Part shown: positions 13,201 to 27,900 of the stretch, in pieces
Numbering within the stretch: position 1 is the stretch's first letter
Layout of the letters: the number at the start of each line of letters is the position of its first letter
Assembly: GCA_964247055.1 (NCBI GenBank)
Contig: OZ176054.1
Coordinates: 868,001-932,000 of the forward strand
Length of the DNA: 64,000 bases
Direction of reading: 5' to 3'
Source: Paragordius varius
Taxonomy: Eukaryota > Animalia > Nematomorpha
Made by a program: the position numbers and the translations under genes
The notes under the pieces: generated by a model
Databases searched by the model: none
What the model saw: the letters and a program-made list of their open reading frames with translations, nothing else
Told to the model about the DNA's origin: nothing

Positions 13201-16200
13201 CTAGTCGCATCAATACTCAGCTTAAACTTTGTCCTTAAAAATCGAATATTGGTCACCGGTGAACAAAATTATTTTTTATACATTCTCTTAGTAAGACTAC
13301 ATCAAAATATAGAGATAGTTTGACAAACTCTTTCATATCCGATTTTTACAACGATACTTTAAAAATTAATGTATTAAACTAGTCGCATCAATAAATCGCA
13401 TCAATACTCAAGTTAAACTTTGTCCTTAAAAATCGGATATTGGTCACCGGTGAACAAAATTATTTTTTATACATTCTCTTAGTAGGACTACATCAAAATA
13501 TAGAGATAGTTTGTCAAACTCTTTCATATCCGATTTTTACAACGATACTTTAAAAATTAATGTATTAAACTAGTCGCATCAATACTCAAGTTAAACTTTG
13601 TCCTTAAAAATCGGATATTGGTCTCCGGTGAACAAAATAATTTTTTATACATTCTCTTAGTAAGACTACATCAAAATATAGAGGTAGTTTGACAAACTCT
13701 TTCATATCCGATTTTTACAACGATACTTTAAAAATTAATGTATTAAACTAGTCGCATTAATACTCAAGTTAAACTTTGTCCTTAAAAATCGGATATTGGT
13801 CACCGGTGAACAAAATTATTTTTTATATATTCTCTTAGCAAGACTACATCAAAATATAGAGATAGTTTGACAAACTCTTTCATATCCGATTTTTACAACG
13901 ATACTTTAAAAATTAATGTGTTAAACTAGTCGCATCAATAAATCGCATCAATACTCAAGTTAAACTTTGTCCTTAAAAATCGGATATTGGTCACCGGTGA
14001 ACAAAATTATTTTTTATACATTCTCTTAGTAGGACTACATCAAAATATAGATATAGTTTGGCAAACTCTTTCATATCCGATTTTTACAACGATACTTTAA
14101 AAATTAATGTATTAAACTAGTCGCATCAATAAATCGCATCGATACTCAAGTTAAACTTTGTCCTTAAAAATCGGATATTGGTCACCGGTGAACAAAATTA
14201 TTTTTTATACATTCTCTTAGTAGGACTACATCAAAATATAGAGATAGTTTGTCAAACTCTTTCATATCCGATTTTTACAACGATACTTTAAAAATTAATG
14301 TATTAAACTAGTCGCATCAATACTCAAGTTAAACTTTGTCCTTAAAAATCGGATATTGGTCTCCGGTGAACAAAATAATTTTTTATACATTCTCTTAGTA
14401 AGATTACATCAAAATATAGAGGTAGTTTGACAAACTCTTTCATATCCGATTTTTACAACGATACTTTAAAAATTAATGTATTAAACTAGTCGCATCAATA
14501 CTCAAGTTAAACTTTGTCCTTAAAAATCGGATATTGGTCACCGGTGAACAAAATTATTTTTTATATATTCTCTTAGCAAGACTACATCAAAATATAGAGA
14601 TAGTTTGACAAACTCTTTCATATCCGATTTTTACAACGATACTTTAAAAATTAATGTGTTAAACTAGTCGCATCAATACTCAAGTTAAACTTTGTCCTAA
14701 AAAATCGAATATTGGTCACCGGTGACCAAAATTATTTTTTATATATTCTCTTGGTAAGACTACATCAAAATATAGAAATAGTTTGACAAACTCTTTGATA
14801 TCCGATTTTTACATCGATACTTTAAAATTTAATGTATTAAACTAGTCGCATCAATACTCAAATTAAACTTTGTCCTTAAAAATCGGATATTGGTCACCGG
14901 TGAACAAAATTATTTTTTATACATTCTCTTAGTAAGACTACATCAAAATATAGAGATAGTTTGACAAACTCTTTCATATCCGATTTTTACAACGATACGT
15001 TAAAAATTATGGTATTAAACTAGTCGCATCAATACTCAAATTAAACTTTGTCCTTAAAAATCGGATATTGGTCACCGGTGAACAAAATTATTTTTTATAC
15101 ATTCTCTTAGCAAGACTGCATCAAAATATAGAGATAGTTTGCAAACTCTTTCATATCCGATTTTTACAACGATACTTTAAAAATTAATGTATAAAACTAG
15201 TCGCATCAATACTCAACTTAAACTTTGTCCTTAAAAATCGAATATTGGTCACCGGTGAACAAAATTATTTTTTATACATTCTCTTAGTAAGACTACATCA
15301 AAATATAGAGATAGTTTGACAAACTCTTTCATATCCGATTTTTACAACGATACTTTAAAAATTAATGTATTAAACTAGTCGCATCAATAAATCGCATCAA
15401 TACTCAAGTTAAACTTTGTCCTTAAAAATCGGATATTGGTCACCGGTGAACAAAATTATTTTTTATACATTCTCTTAGTAGGACTACATCAAAATATAGA
15501 GATAGTTTGTCAAACTCTTTCATATCCGATTTTTACAACGATACTTTAAAAATTAATGTATTAAACTAGTCGCATCAATACTCAAGTTAAACTTTGTCCT
15601 TAAAAATCGGATATTGGTCTCCGGTGAACAAAATAATTTTTTATACATTCTCTTAGTAAGACTACATCAAAATATAGAGGTAGTTTGTCAAACTCTTTCA
15701 TATCCGATTTTTACAACGATACTTTAAAAATTAATGTATTAAACTAGTCGCATCAATACTCAAGTTAAACTTTGTCCTAAAAAATCGAATATTGGTCACC
15801 GGTGACCAAAATTATTTTTTATATATTCTCTTGGTAAGACTACATCAAAATATAGAAATAGTTTGACAAACTCTTTGATATCCGATTTTTACATCGATAC
15901 TTTAAAAATTAATGTATAAAACTAGTTACATCAATACTCAGCTTAAACTTTGTCCTTAAAAATCGAATATTGGTCACCGGTGAACAAAATTATTTTTTAT
16001 ACATTCTCTTAGTAAGACTACATCAAAATATAGAGATAGTTTGATACTCTTTCATATCCGATTTTTACAACGATACTTTAAAAATTAATGTATTAAACTA
16101 GTCGCATCAATAAATCGCATCAATACTCAAGTTAAACTTTGTCCTTAAAAATCGGATATTGGTCACCGGTGAACAAAATTATTTTTTATACATTCTCTTA

Positions 16201-19200
16201 GTAGGACTACATCAAAATATAGAGATAGTTTGTCAAACTCTTTCATATCCGATTTTTACAACGATACTTTAAAAATTAATGTATTAAACTAGTCGCATCA
16301 ATACTCAAGTTAAACTTTGTCCTTAAAAATCGGATATTGGTCTCCGGTCAACAAAATAATTTTTATACATTCTCTTAGTAAGACTACATCAAAATATAGA
16401 GGTAGTTTGACAAACTCTTTCATATCCGATTTTTACAACGATACTTTAAAAATTATTGTATTAAACTAGTCGCATTAATACTCAAGTTAAACTTTGTCCT
16501 TAAAAATCGGATATTGGTCACCGGTGAACAAAATTATTTTTTATATATTCTCTTAGCAAGACTACATCAAAATATAGAGATAGTTTGACAAACTCTTTCA
16601 TATCCGATTTTTACAACGATACTTTAAAAATTAATGTATTAAACTAGTCGCATCAATAAATCGCATCAATACTCAAGTTAAACTTTGTCCTTAAAAATCG
16701 GATATTGGTCACCGGTGAACAAAATTATTTTTTATACATTCTCTTAGTAAGACTACATCAAAATATAGAGGTAGTTTGACAAACTCTTTCATATCCGATT
16801 TTTACAACGATACTTTAAAAATTAATGTATTAAACTAGTCGCATCAATACTCAAGTTAAACTTTGTCCTTAAAAATCGGATATTGGTCTCCGGTCAACAA
16901 AATTATTTTTATACATTCTCTTAGTAAGACTACATCAAAATATAGAGATAGTTTGACAAACTCTTTCATATCCGATATTTACAACGATACTTTAAAAATT
17001 AATGTATTCTAGTCGCATCAATACTCAAGTTAAATTTTGTCCTTAAAAATCGGATATTGGTCACCGGTGAACAAAATAATTTTTTATACATTCTCTTAGT
17101 AAGACTACATGAAAATATAGAGATAGTTTGACAAACTTTTTCATATCCGATTTTTACAACGATACTTTAAAAATTAATGTATTAAACTAGTCGCATCAAT
17201 ACTCAAATTAAACTTTGTCCTTAAAAATCGGATATTGGTCACCGGTGAACAAAATTATTTTTTATACATTCTCTTAGTAGGACTACATCAAAATATAGAG
17301 ATAGTTTGTCAAACTCTTTCATATCCGATTTTTACAACGATACTTTAAAAATTAATGTATTAAACTAGTCGCATCAATACTCAAGTTAAACTTTGTCCTT
17401 AAAAATCGGATATTGGTCTCCGGTGAACAAAATAATTTTTTATACATTCTCTTAGTAAGATTACATCAAAATATAGAGGTAGTTTGACAAACTCTTTCAT
17501 ATCCGATTTTTACAACGATACTTTAAAAATTAATGTATTAAACTAGTCGCATCAATACTCAAGTTAAACTTTGTCCTTAAAAATCGGATATTGGTCACCG
17601 GTGAACAAAATTATTTTTTATATATTCTCTTAGCAAGACTACATCAAAATATAGAGATAGTTTGACAAACTCTTTCATATCCGATTTTTACAACGATACT
17701 TTAAAAATTAATGTGTTAAACTAGTCGCATCAATACTGAAGTTAAACTTTGTCCTAAAAAATCGAATATTGGTCACCGGTGACCAAAATTATTTTTTATA
17801 TATTCTCTTGGTAAGACTACATCAAAATATAGAAATAGTTTGACAAACTCTTTGATATCCGATTTTTACATCGATACTTTAAAATTTAATGTATTAAACT
17901 AGTCGCATCAATACTCAAATTAAACTTTGTCCTTAAAAATCGGATATTGGTCACCGGTGAACAAAATTATTTTTTATACATTCTCTTAGTAAGACTACAT
18001 CAAAATATAGAGATAGTTTGACAAACTCTTTCATATCCGATTTTTACAACGATACGTTAAAAATTATGGTATTAAACTAGTCGCATCAATACTCAAATTA
18101 AACTTTGTCCTTAAAAATCGGATATTGGTCACCGGTGAACAAAATTATTTTTTATACATTCTCTTAGTAAGACTACATCAAAATATAGAGGTAGTTTGAC
18201 AAACTCTTTCATATCCGATTTTTACAACGATACTTTAAAAATTAATGTATAAAACTAGTCGCATCAATACTCAACTTAAACTTTGTCCTTAAAAATCGAA
18301 TATTGGTCACCGGTGAACAAAATTATTTTTTATACATTCTCTTAGTAAGACTACATCAAAATATAGAGATAGTTTGACAAACTCTTTCATATCCGATTTT
18401 TACAACGATACTTAAAAATTAATGTATTAAACTAGTCGCATCAATAAATCGCATCAATACTCAAGTTAAACTTTGTCCTTAAAAATCGGATATTGGTCAC
18501 CGGTGAACAAAATTATTTTTTATACATTCTCTTGGTAAGACTACATCAAAATATAGAAATAGTTTGACAAACTCTTTGATATCCGATTTTTACATCGATA
18601 CTTTAAAATTTAATGTATTAAACTAGTCGCATCAATACTCAAATTAAACTTTGTCCTTAAAAATCGGATATTGGTCACCGGTGAACAAAATTATTTTTTA
18701 TACATTCTCTTAGTAAGACTACATCAAAATATAGAGATAGTTTGACAAACTCTTTCATATCCGATTTTAACGATACGTTAAAAATTATGGTATTAAACTA
18801 GTCGCATCAATACTCAAATTAAACTTTGTCCTTAAAAATCGGATATTGGTCACCGGTGAACAAAATTATTTTTTATATATTCTCTTAGCAAGACTACATC
18901 AAAATATAGAGATAGTTTGACAAACTCTTTCATATCCGATTTTTACAACGATACGTTAAAAATTATGGTATTAAACTAGTCGCATCAATAGTCAAATTAA
19001 ACTTTGTCCTTAAAAATCGGATATTGGTCACCGGTGAACAAAATTATTTTTTATACATTCTCTTAGTAAGACTACATCAAAATATAGAGATAGTTTGACA
19101 AACTCTTTCATATCCGATTTTTACAACGATACTTTAAAAATTAATGTATAAAACTAGTCGCATCAATACTCAACTTAAACTTTGTCCTTCAAAATCGAAT

Positions 19201-22135
19201 ATTGGTCACCGGTGAACAAAATTATTTTTTATACATTCTCTTAGTAAGACTACATCAAAATATAGAGATAGTTTGACAAACTCTTTCATATCCGATTTTT
19301 ACAACGATACTTAAAAATTAATGTATTAAACTAGTCGCATCAATAAATCGCATCAATACTCAAGTTAAACTTTGTCCTTAAAAATCGGATATTGGTCACC
19401 GGTGAACAAAATTATTTTTTATACATTCTCTTAGTAGGACTACATCAAAATATAGAGATAGTTTGTCAAACTCTTTCATATCCGATTTTTACAACGATAC
19501 TTTAAAAATTAATGTATTAAACTAGTCGCATCAATAGTCATACTTTGTCCTTAAAAATCGAATATTGGTCACCGGTGAACAAAATTATTTTTTATATATT
19601 CTCTTAGTAAGACTACATCAAAATATAGAAATAGTTTGACAAACTCTTTCATATCCGATTTTTACAACGATACGTTAAATATGGTATTAAACTAGTCGCA
19701 TCAATACTCAAATTAAACTTTGTCCTTAAAAATCGAATATTGGTCACCGGTGAACAAAATTATTTTTTATACATTCTCTTAGTAAGACTACATCAAAATA
19801 TAGAGATAGTTTGACAAACTCTTTCATATCCGATTTTTACAACGATACTTTAAAAATTAATGTATTAAACTAGTCCAATACTCAAGTTAAACCTTGTCCT
19901 TAAAAATCGGATATTGGTCACCGGTGAACAAAATTATTTTTTATATATTCTCTTAGCAAGACTACATTAAAATATAGAGATAGTTTGACAAACTCTTTCA
20001 TATCCGATTCTTACAACGATACTTTAAAAATTAATGTATAAAACTAGTCGCATCAATACTCAAGTTAAACTTTGTCCTTAAAAATCGAATATTGGTCACC
20101 GGTGAACAAAATTATTTTTTATACATTCTCTTAGTAAGACTACATCAAAATATAGAGATAGTTTGACAAACTCTTTCATATCCGATTTTTACAACGATAC
20201 TTTAAAAATTAATGTATTAAACTAGTCGCATCAATACTCAAGTTAAACTTTGTCCTTAAAAATCGGATATTGGTCACCGGTGAACAAAATTATTTTTTAT
20301 ATATTCTCTTAGCAAGAGTACATCAAAATATAGAGATAGTTTGACAAACTCTTTCATATCCGATTTTTACAACGATACTTTAAAAATTAATGTATAAAAC
20401 GAGTCGTATCAATAAATCGCATCAATACTCAAGTTAAACTTTGTCCTTAAAAATCGGATATTGGTCACCGGTGAACAAAATTATTTTTTATATATTCTCT
20501 TAGCAAGACTACATCAAAATATAGAGATAGTTTGACAAACTCTTTCATATCCGATTTTTACAACGATACTTTAAAAATTAATGTATAAAACTAGTCGCAT
20601 CAATACTCAACTTAAACTTTGTCCTTAAAAATCGAATATTGGTCACCGGTGAACAAAATTATTTTTTATACATTCTCTTAGTAAGACTACATCAAAATAT
20701 AGAGATAGTTTGACAAACTCTTTCATATCCGATTTTTACAACGATACTTTAAAAATTAATGTATTAAACTAGTCGCATCAATAAATCGCATCAATACTCA
20801 AGTTAAACTTTGTCCTTAAAAATCGGATATTGGTCACCGGTGAACAAAATTATTTTTTATACATTCTCTTAGTAGGACTACATCAAAATATAGAGATAGT
20901 TTGTCAAACTCTTTCATATCCGATTTTTACAACGATACTTTAAAAATTAATGTATTAAACTAGTCGCATCAATACTCAAGTTAAACTTTGTCCTTAAAAA
21001 TCGGATATTGGTCTCCGGTGAACAAAATAATTTTTTATACATTCTCTTAGTAAGACTACATCAAAATATAGAGGTAGTTTGACAAACTCTTTCATATCCG
21101 ATTTTTACAACGATACTTTAAAAATTAATGTATTAAACTAGTCGCATCAATACTCAAGTTAAACTTTGTCCTTAAAAATCGGATATTGGTCACCGGTGAA
21201 CAAAATTATTTTTTATATATTCTCTTAGCAAGACTACATCAAAATATAGAGATAGTTTGACAAACTCTTTCATATCCGATTTTTACAACGATACTTTAAA
21301 AATTAATGTGTTAAACTAGTCGCATCAATACTCAAGTTAAACTTTGTCCTAAAAAATCGAATATTGGTCACCGGTGACCAAAATTATTTTTTATATATTC
21401 TCTTGGTAAGACTACATCAAAATATAGAAATAGTTTGACAAACTCTTTGATATCCGATTTTTACATCGATACTTTAAAATTTAATGTATTAAACTAGTCG
21501 CATCAATACTCAAATTAAACTTTGTCCTTAAAAATCGGATATTGGTCACCGGTGAACAAAATTATTTTTTATACATTCTCTTAGTAAGACTACATCAAAA
21601 TATAGACATAGTTTGACAAACTCTTTCATATCCGATTTTTACAACGATACGTTAAAAATTATGGTATTAAACTAGTCGCATCAATACTCAAATTAAACTT
21701 TGTCCTTAAAAATCGGATATTGGTCACCGGTGAACAAAATTATTTTTTATATATTCTCTTAGCAAGACTACATTAAAATATAGAGATAGTTTGACAAACT
21801 CTTTCATATCCGATTCTTACAACGATACTTTAAAAATTAATGTATAAAACTAGTCGCATCAATACTCAAGTTAAACTTTGTCCTTAAAAATCGAATATTG
21901 GTCACCGGTGAACAAAATTATTTTTTATACATTCTCTTAGTAAGACTACATCAAAATATAGAGATAGTTTGACAAACTCTTTCATATCCGATTTTTACAA
22001 CGATACTTTAAAAATTAATGTATTAAACTAGTCGCATCAATACTCAAGTTAAACTTTGTCCTTAAAAATCGGATATTGGTCTCCGGTGAACAAAATAATT
22101 TTTATTACATTCTCTTAGTAAGACTACATCAAAAT

Positions 22136-22213
22136 ATAGAGGTAGTTTGACAAACTCTTTCATATCCGATTTTTATAGAGATAGTTTGACAAACTCTTTC
22201 ATATCCGATTTTT
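22136..22213. repeat. 39-bp internal tandem duplication marking the A/B junction (further copies at 25253-25330, 26519-26596, 29636-29713, 31727-31804)
   Basis: ATAGAGGTAGTTTGACAAACTCTTTCATATCCGATTTTT is immediately followed by ATAGAGATAGTTTGACAAACTCTTTCATATCCGATTTTT. The two units differ at one base (G/A). Confidence 0.95.
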
Positions 22214-22940
22214 ACAACGATACTTTAAAAATTAATATATTAAACTAGTCGCATCAATACTCAAGTTAAACTTTGTCCTTAAAAATCGGATATTGGTCAC
22301 CGGTGAACAAAACTAATTTTTATACATTCTCTTAGTAAGACTACATCAAAATGAGATAGTTTGACAAACTCTTTCATATCCAATTTTTACAACGATACTT
22401 TAATAATTAATGTATAGAACTAGTCGCGTTAAACTTTGTCCTAAAAATCGTATATTGATCACCGGTGAACAAAATATTTTTTATACATTCTCTGTAAGAC
22501 TACAACAAAATATAGAGATAGTTTGACAAACTCTTTCATATCCGATTTTTACAACGATACTTTAAAAATTAATGTATAAAACTAGTCCATCAATACTCAA
22601 GTTTAACTTTGTCCTTAAAAATCGGATATTGGTTACGTGAACAAAATTATTTTTTATACATTCTATTATTAAGACTACATCAAAATATAGAGATAGTTTG
22701 ACTAACTCTTTCATATCCGATTTTTACAACGATACTTTAAAAATTAATATATTAAACTAGTCGCATCAATACTCAAGTTAAACTTTGTCCTTAAAAATCG
22801 GATATTGGTCACCGGTGAACAAAACTATTTTTTATACATTCTCTTAGTAAGACTACATCAAAATATAGAGATAGTTTGACAAACTCTTTCATATCCGATT
22901 TTTACAACGATACTTTAAAAATTAATGTATAGAACTAGTC

Positions 22941-24980
22941 GCGTTAAACTTTGTCCTAAAAATTCGTATATTGATCACCGGTGAACAAAATTATTTTTTA
23001 TACATTCTCTTAGTAAGACTACAACAAAATATAGAGATAGTTTGACAAACTCTTTCATATCCGATTTTTACAACGATACTTTAAAATTAATGTATAAAAC
23101 TAGTCGCATCAATACTCAAGTTTTTGTCCTTAAAAATCGGATATTGGTCACCGGTGAACAAAATTATTTTTTACAACATTCTCCTAGTAGGACTACATCA
23201 AAATATAGAGATAGTTTGACAAACTCTTTCATATCCGATTTTTACAACGATACTTTAAAAATTAATGTATAGAACTAGTCGCGTTAAACTTTGTCCTAAA
23301 AATTCGTATATTGATCACCGGTGAACAAAATTATTTTTTATACATTCTCTTAGTAAGACTACAACAAAATATAGAGATAGTTTGACAAACTCTTTCATAT
23401 CCGATTTTTACAACGATACTTTAAAATTAATGTATAAAACTAGTCGCATCAATACTCAAGTTTTTGTCCTTAAAAATCGGATATTGGTCACCGGTGAACA
23501 AAATTATTTTTTACAACATTCTCTTAGTAGGACTACATCAAAATATAGAGATAGTTTGACAAACTCTTTCATATCCGATTTTTACAACGATACTTTAAAA
23601 ATTAATGTATAGAACTAGTCGCGTTAAACTTTGTCCTAAAAATTCGTATATTGATCACCGGTGAACAAAATTATTTTTTATACATTCTCTTAGTAAGACT
23701 ACAACAAAATATAGAGATAGTTTGACAAACTCTTTCATATCCGATTTTTACAACGATACTTTAAAAATTAATGTATAAAACTAGTCCATCAATACTCAAG
23801 TTTAACTTTGTCCTTAAAAATCGGATATTGGTCACCGGTGAACAAAACTATTTTTTATACATTCTCTTAGTAAGACTACATCAAAATATAGAGATAGTTT
23901 GACAAACTCTTTCATATCCGATTTTTACAACGATACTTTAAAAATTAATGTATAGAACTAGTCGCGTTAAACTTTGTCCTAAAAATTCGTATATTGATCA
24001 CCGGTGAACAAAATTATTTTTTATACATTCTCTTAGTAAGACTACAACAAAATATAGAGATAGTTTGACAAACTCTTTCATATCCGATTTTTACAACGAT
24101 ACTTTAAAATTAATGTATAAAACTAGTCGCATCAATACTCAAGTTTTTGTCCTTAAAAATCGGATATTGGTCACCGGTGAACAAAATTATTTTTTACAAC
24201 ATTCTCTTAGTAGGACTACATCAAAATATAGAGATAGTTTGACAAACTCTTTCATATCCGATTTTTACAACGATACTTTAAAAATTAATGTATTGAACTA
24301 GTCGCGTTAAACTTTGTCCTAAAAATTCGTATATTGATCACCGGTGAACAAAATTATTTTTTATACATTCTCTTAGTAAGACTACAACAAAATATAGAGA
24401 TAGTTTGACAAACTCTTTCATATCTGATTTTTACAACGATACTTTAAAATTAATGTATAAAACTAGTCGCATCAATACTCAAGTTTTTGTCCTTAAAAAT
24501 CGGATATTGGTCACCGGTGAAAAAAATTATTTTTTACAACATTCTCTTAGTAGGACTACATCAAAATATAGAGATAGTTTGACAAACTCTTTCATATCCG
24601 ATTTTTACAACGATACTTTAAAAATTAATGTATAGAACTAGTCGCGTTAAACTTTGTCCTAAAAATTCGTATATTGATCACCGGTGAACAAAATTATTTT
24701 TTATACATTCTCTTAGTAAGACTACAACAAAATATAGAGATAGTTTGACAAACTCTTTCATATCCGATTTTTACAACGATACTTTAAAAATTAATGTATA
24801 AAACTAGTCGCATCAATACTCAAGTTTTTGTCCTTAAAAATCGGATATTGGTCACCGGTGAACAAAATTATTTTTTACAACATTCTCTTAGTAGGACTAC
24901 ATCAAAATATAGAGATAGTTTGACAAACTCTTTCATATCCGATTTTTACAACGATATTTTAAAAATTAATGTATAGAACT
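22941..24980. repeat. Local ~340-bp dimeric HOR (165-bp short + 175-bp long variant with CAAGTTTTTGTCC and TTTTACAACATTC); source of the 60-78 aa spurious ORFs
   Basis: ORF starts are 340 bp apart (23042/23382; 24065/24405). The same dimer recurs at ~27.3-29.4 kb and ~30.8-31.5 kb. Confidence 0.85.
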
Positions 24981-27900
24981 AGTCGCGTTAAACTTTGTCC
25001 TAAAAATTCGTATATTGATCACCGGTGAACAAAATTATTTTTTATACATTCTCTTAGTAAGACTACATCAAAATATAGAGATAGTTTGACAAACTCTTTC
25101 TTATCCGATTTTTACAACGATACTTTAAAAATTAATGTATTAAACTAGTCGCATCAATACTCAAGTTAAACTTTGTCCTTAAAAATCGGATATTGGTCTC
25201 CGGTGAACAAAATAATTTTTTATACATTCTCTTAGTAAGACTACATCAAAATATAGAGGTAGTTTGACAAACTCTTTCATATCCGATTTTTATAGAGATA
25301 GTTTGACAAACTCTTTCATATCCGATTTTTACAACGATACTTTAAAAATTAATATATTAAACTAGTCGCATCAATACTCAAGTTAAACTTTGTCCTTAAA
25401 AATCGGATATTGGTCACCGGTGAACAAAACTAATTTTTATACATTCTCTTAGTAAGACTACATCAAAATGAGATAGTTTGACAAACTCTTTCATATCCAA
25501 TTTTTAAAACGATACTTTAATAATTAATGTATAGAACTAGTCGCGTTAAACTTTGTCCTAAAAATCGTATATTGATCACCGGTGAACAAAATATTTTTTA
25601 TACATTCTCTGTAAGACTACAACAAAATATAGAGATAGTTTGACAAACTCTTTCATATCCGATTTTTACAACGATACTTTAAAAATTAATATATTAAATT
25701 AGTCGCATCAATACTCAAGTTAAACTTTGTCCTTAAAAATCGAATATTGGTCACCGGTGACCAAAATTATTTTTTATATATTCTCTTGGTAAGACTACAT
25801 CAAAATATAGAAATAGTTTGACAAACTCTTTGATATCCGATTTTTACATCGATACTTTAAAATTTAATGTATTAAACTAGTCGCATCAATACTCAAATTA
25901 AACTTTGTCCTTAAAAATCGGATATTGGTCACCGGTGAACAAAATTATTTTTTATACATTCTCTTAGTAAGACTACATCAAAATATAGACATAGTTTGAC
26001 AAACTCTTTCATATCCGATTTTTACAACGATACGTTAAAAATTATGGTATTAAACTAGTCGCATCAATACTCAAATTAAACTTTGTCCTTAAAAATCGGA
26101 TATTGGTCACCGGTGAACAAAATTATTTTTTATATATTCTCTTAGCAAGACTACATTAAAATATAGAGATAGTTTGACAAACTCTTTCATATCCGATTCT
26201 TACAACGATACTTTAAAAATTAATGTATAAAACTAGTCGCATCAATACTCAAGTTAAACTTTGTCCTTAAAAATCGAATATTGGTCACCGGTGAACAAAA
26301 TTATTTTTTATACATTCTCTTAGTAAGACTACATCAAAATATAGAGATAGTTTGACAAACTCTTTCATATCCGATTTTTACAACGATACTTTAAAAATTA
26401 ATGTATTAAACTAGTCGCATCAATACTCAAGTTAAACTTTGTCCTTAAAAATCGGATATTGGTCTCCGGTGAACAAAATAATTTTTATTACATTCTCTTA
26501 GTAAGACTACATCAAAATATAGAGGTAGTTTGACAAACTCTTTCATATCCGATTTTTATAGAGATAGTTTGACAAACTCTTTCATATCCGATTTTTACAA
26601 CGATACTTTAAAAATTAATATATTAAACTAGTCGCATCAATACTCAAGTTAAACTTTGTCCTTAAAAATCGGATATTGGTCACCGGTGAACAAAACTAAT
26701 TTTTATACATTCTCTTAGTAAGACTACATCAAAATGAGATAGTTTGACAAACTCTTTCATATCCAATTTTTACAACGATACTTTAATAATTAATGTATAG
26801 AACTAGTCGCGTTAAACTTTGTCCTAAAAATCGTATATTGATCACCGGTGAACAAAATATTTTTTATACATTCTCTGTAAGACTACAACAAAATATAGAG
26901 ATAGTTTGACAAACTCTTTCATATCCGATTTTTACAACGATACTTTAAAAATTAATGTATAAAACTAGTCCATCAATACTCAAGTTTAACTTTGTCCTTA
27001 AAAATCGGATATTGGTTACGTGAACAAAATTATTTTTTATACATTCTATTATTAAGACTACATCAAAATATAGAGATAGTTTGACTAACTCTTTCATATC
27101 CGATTTTTACAACGATACTTTAAAAATTAATATATTAAACTAGTCGCATCAATACTCAAGTTAAACTTTGTCCTTAAAAATCGGATATTGGTCACCGGTG
27201 AACAAAACTATTTTTTATACATTCTCTTAGTAAGACTACATCAAAATATAGAGATAGTTTGACAAACTCTTTCATATCCGATTTTTACAACGATACTTTA
27301 AAAATTAATGTATAGAACTAGTCGCGTTAAACTTTGTCCTAAAAATTCGTATATTGATCACCGGTGAACAAAATTATTTTTTATACATTCTCTTAGTAAG
27401 ACTACAACAAAATATAGAGATAGTTTGACAAACTCTTTCATATCCGATTTTTACAACGATACTTTAAAATTAATGTATAAAACTAGTCGCATCAATACTC
27501 AAGTTTTTGTCCTTAAAAATCGGATATTGGTCACCGGTGAACAAAATTATTTTTTACAACATTCTCCTAGTAGGACTACATCAAAATATAGAGATAGTTT
27601 GACAAACTCTTTCATATCCGATTTTTACAACGATACTTTAAAAATTAATGTATAGAACTAGTCGCGTTAAACTTTGTCCTAAAAATTCGTATATTGATCA
27701 CCGGTGAACAAAATTATTTTTTATACATTCTCTTAGTAAGACTACAACAAAATATAGAGATAGTTTGACAAACTCTTTCATATCCGATTTTTACAACGAT
27801 ACTTTAAAATTAATGTATAAAACTAGTCGCATCAATACTCAAGTTTTTGTCCTTAAAAATCGGATATTGGTCACCGGTGAACAAAATTATTTTTTACAAC

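Larger units (their letters stand above)
1..22174. repeat. Satellite domain A: 178-bp monomers plus 191-bp monomers with a 13-bp duplication (GCATCAATAAATCGCATCAATA)
   Basis: The 13-bp duplication is seen at e.g. 891, 3401, 11019, 11744, 12660, 13385, 15381, 16104 and ~20770, and not after ~21 kb. Typical A variants: TAGCAAG, TAGTAGGA...TTTGTCAAAC, GGTCTCC...GAGGTAG, AATCGAATATT. Confidence 0.9.
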
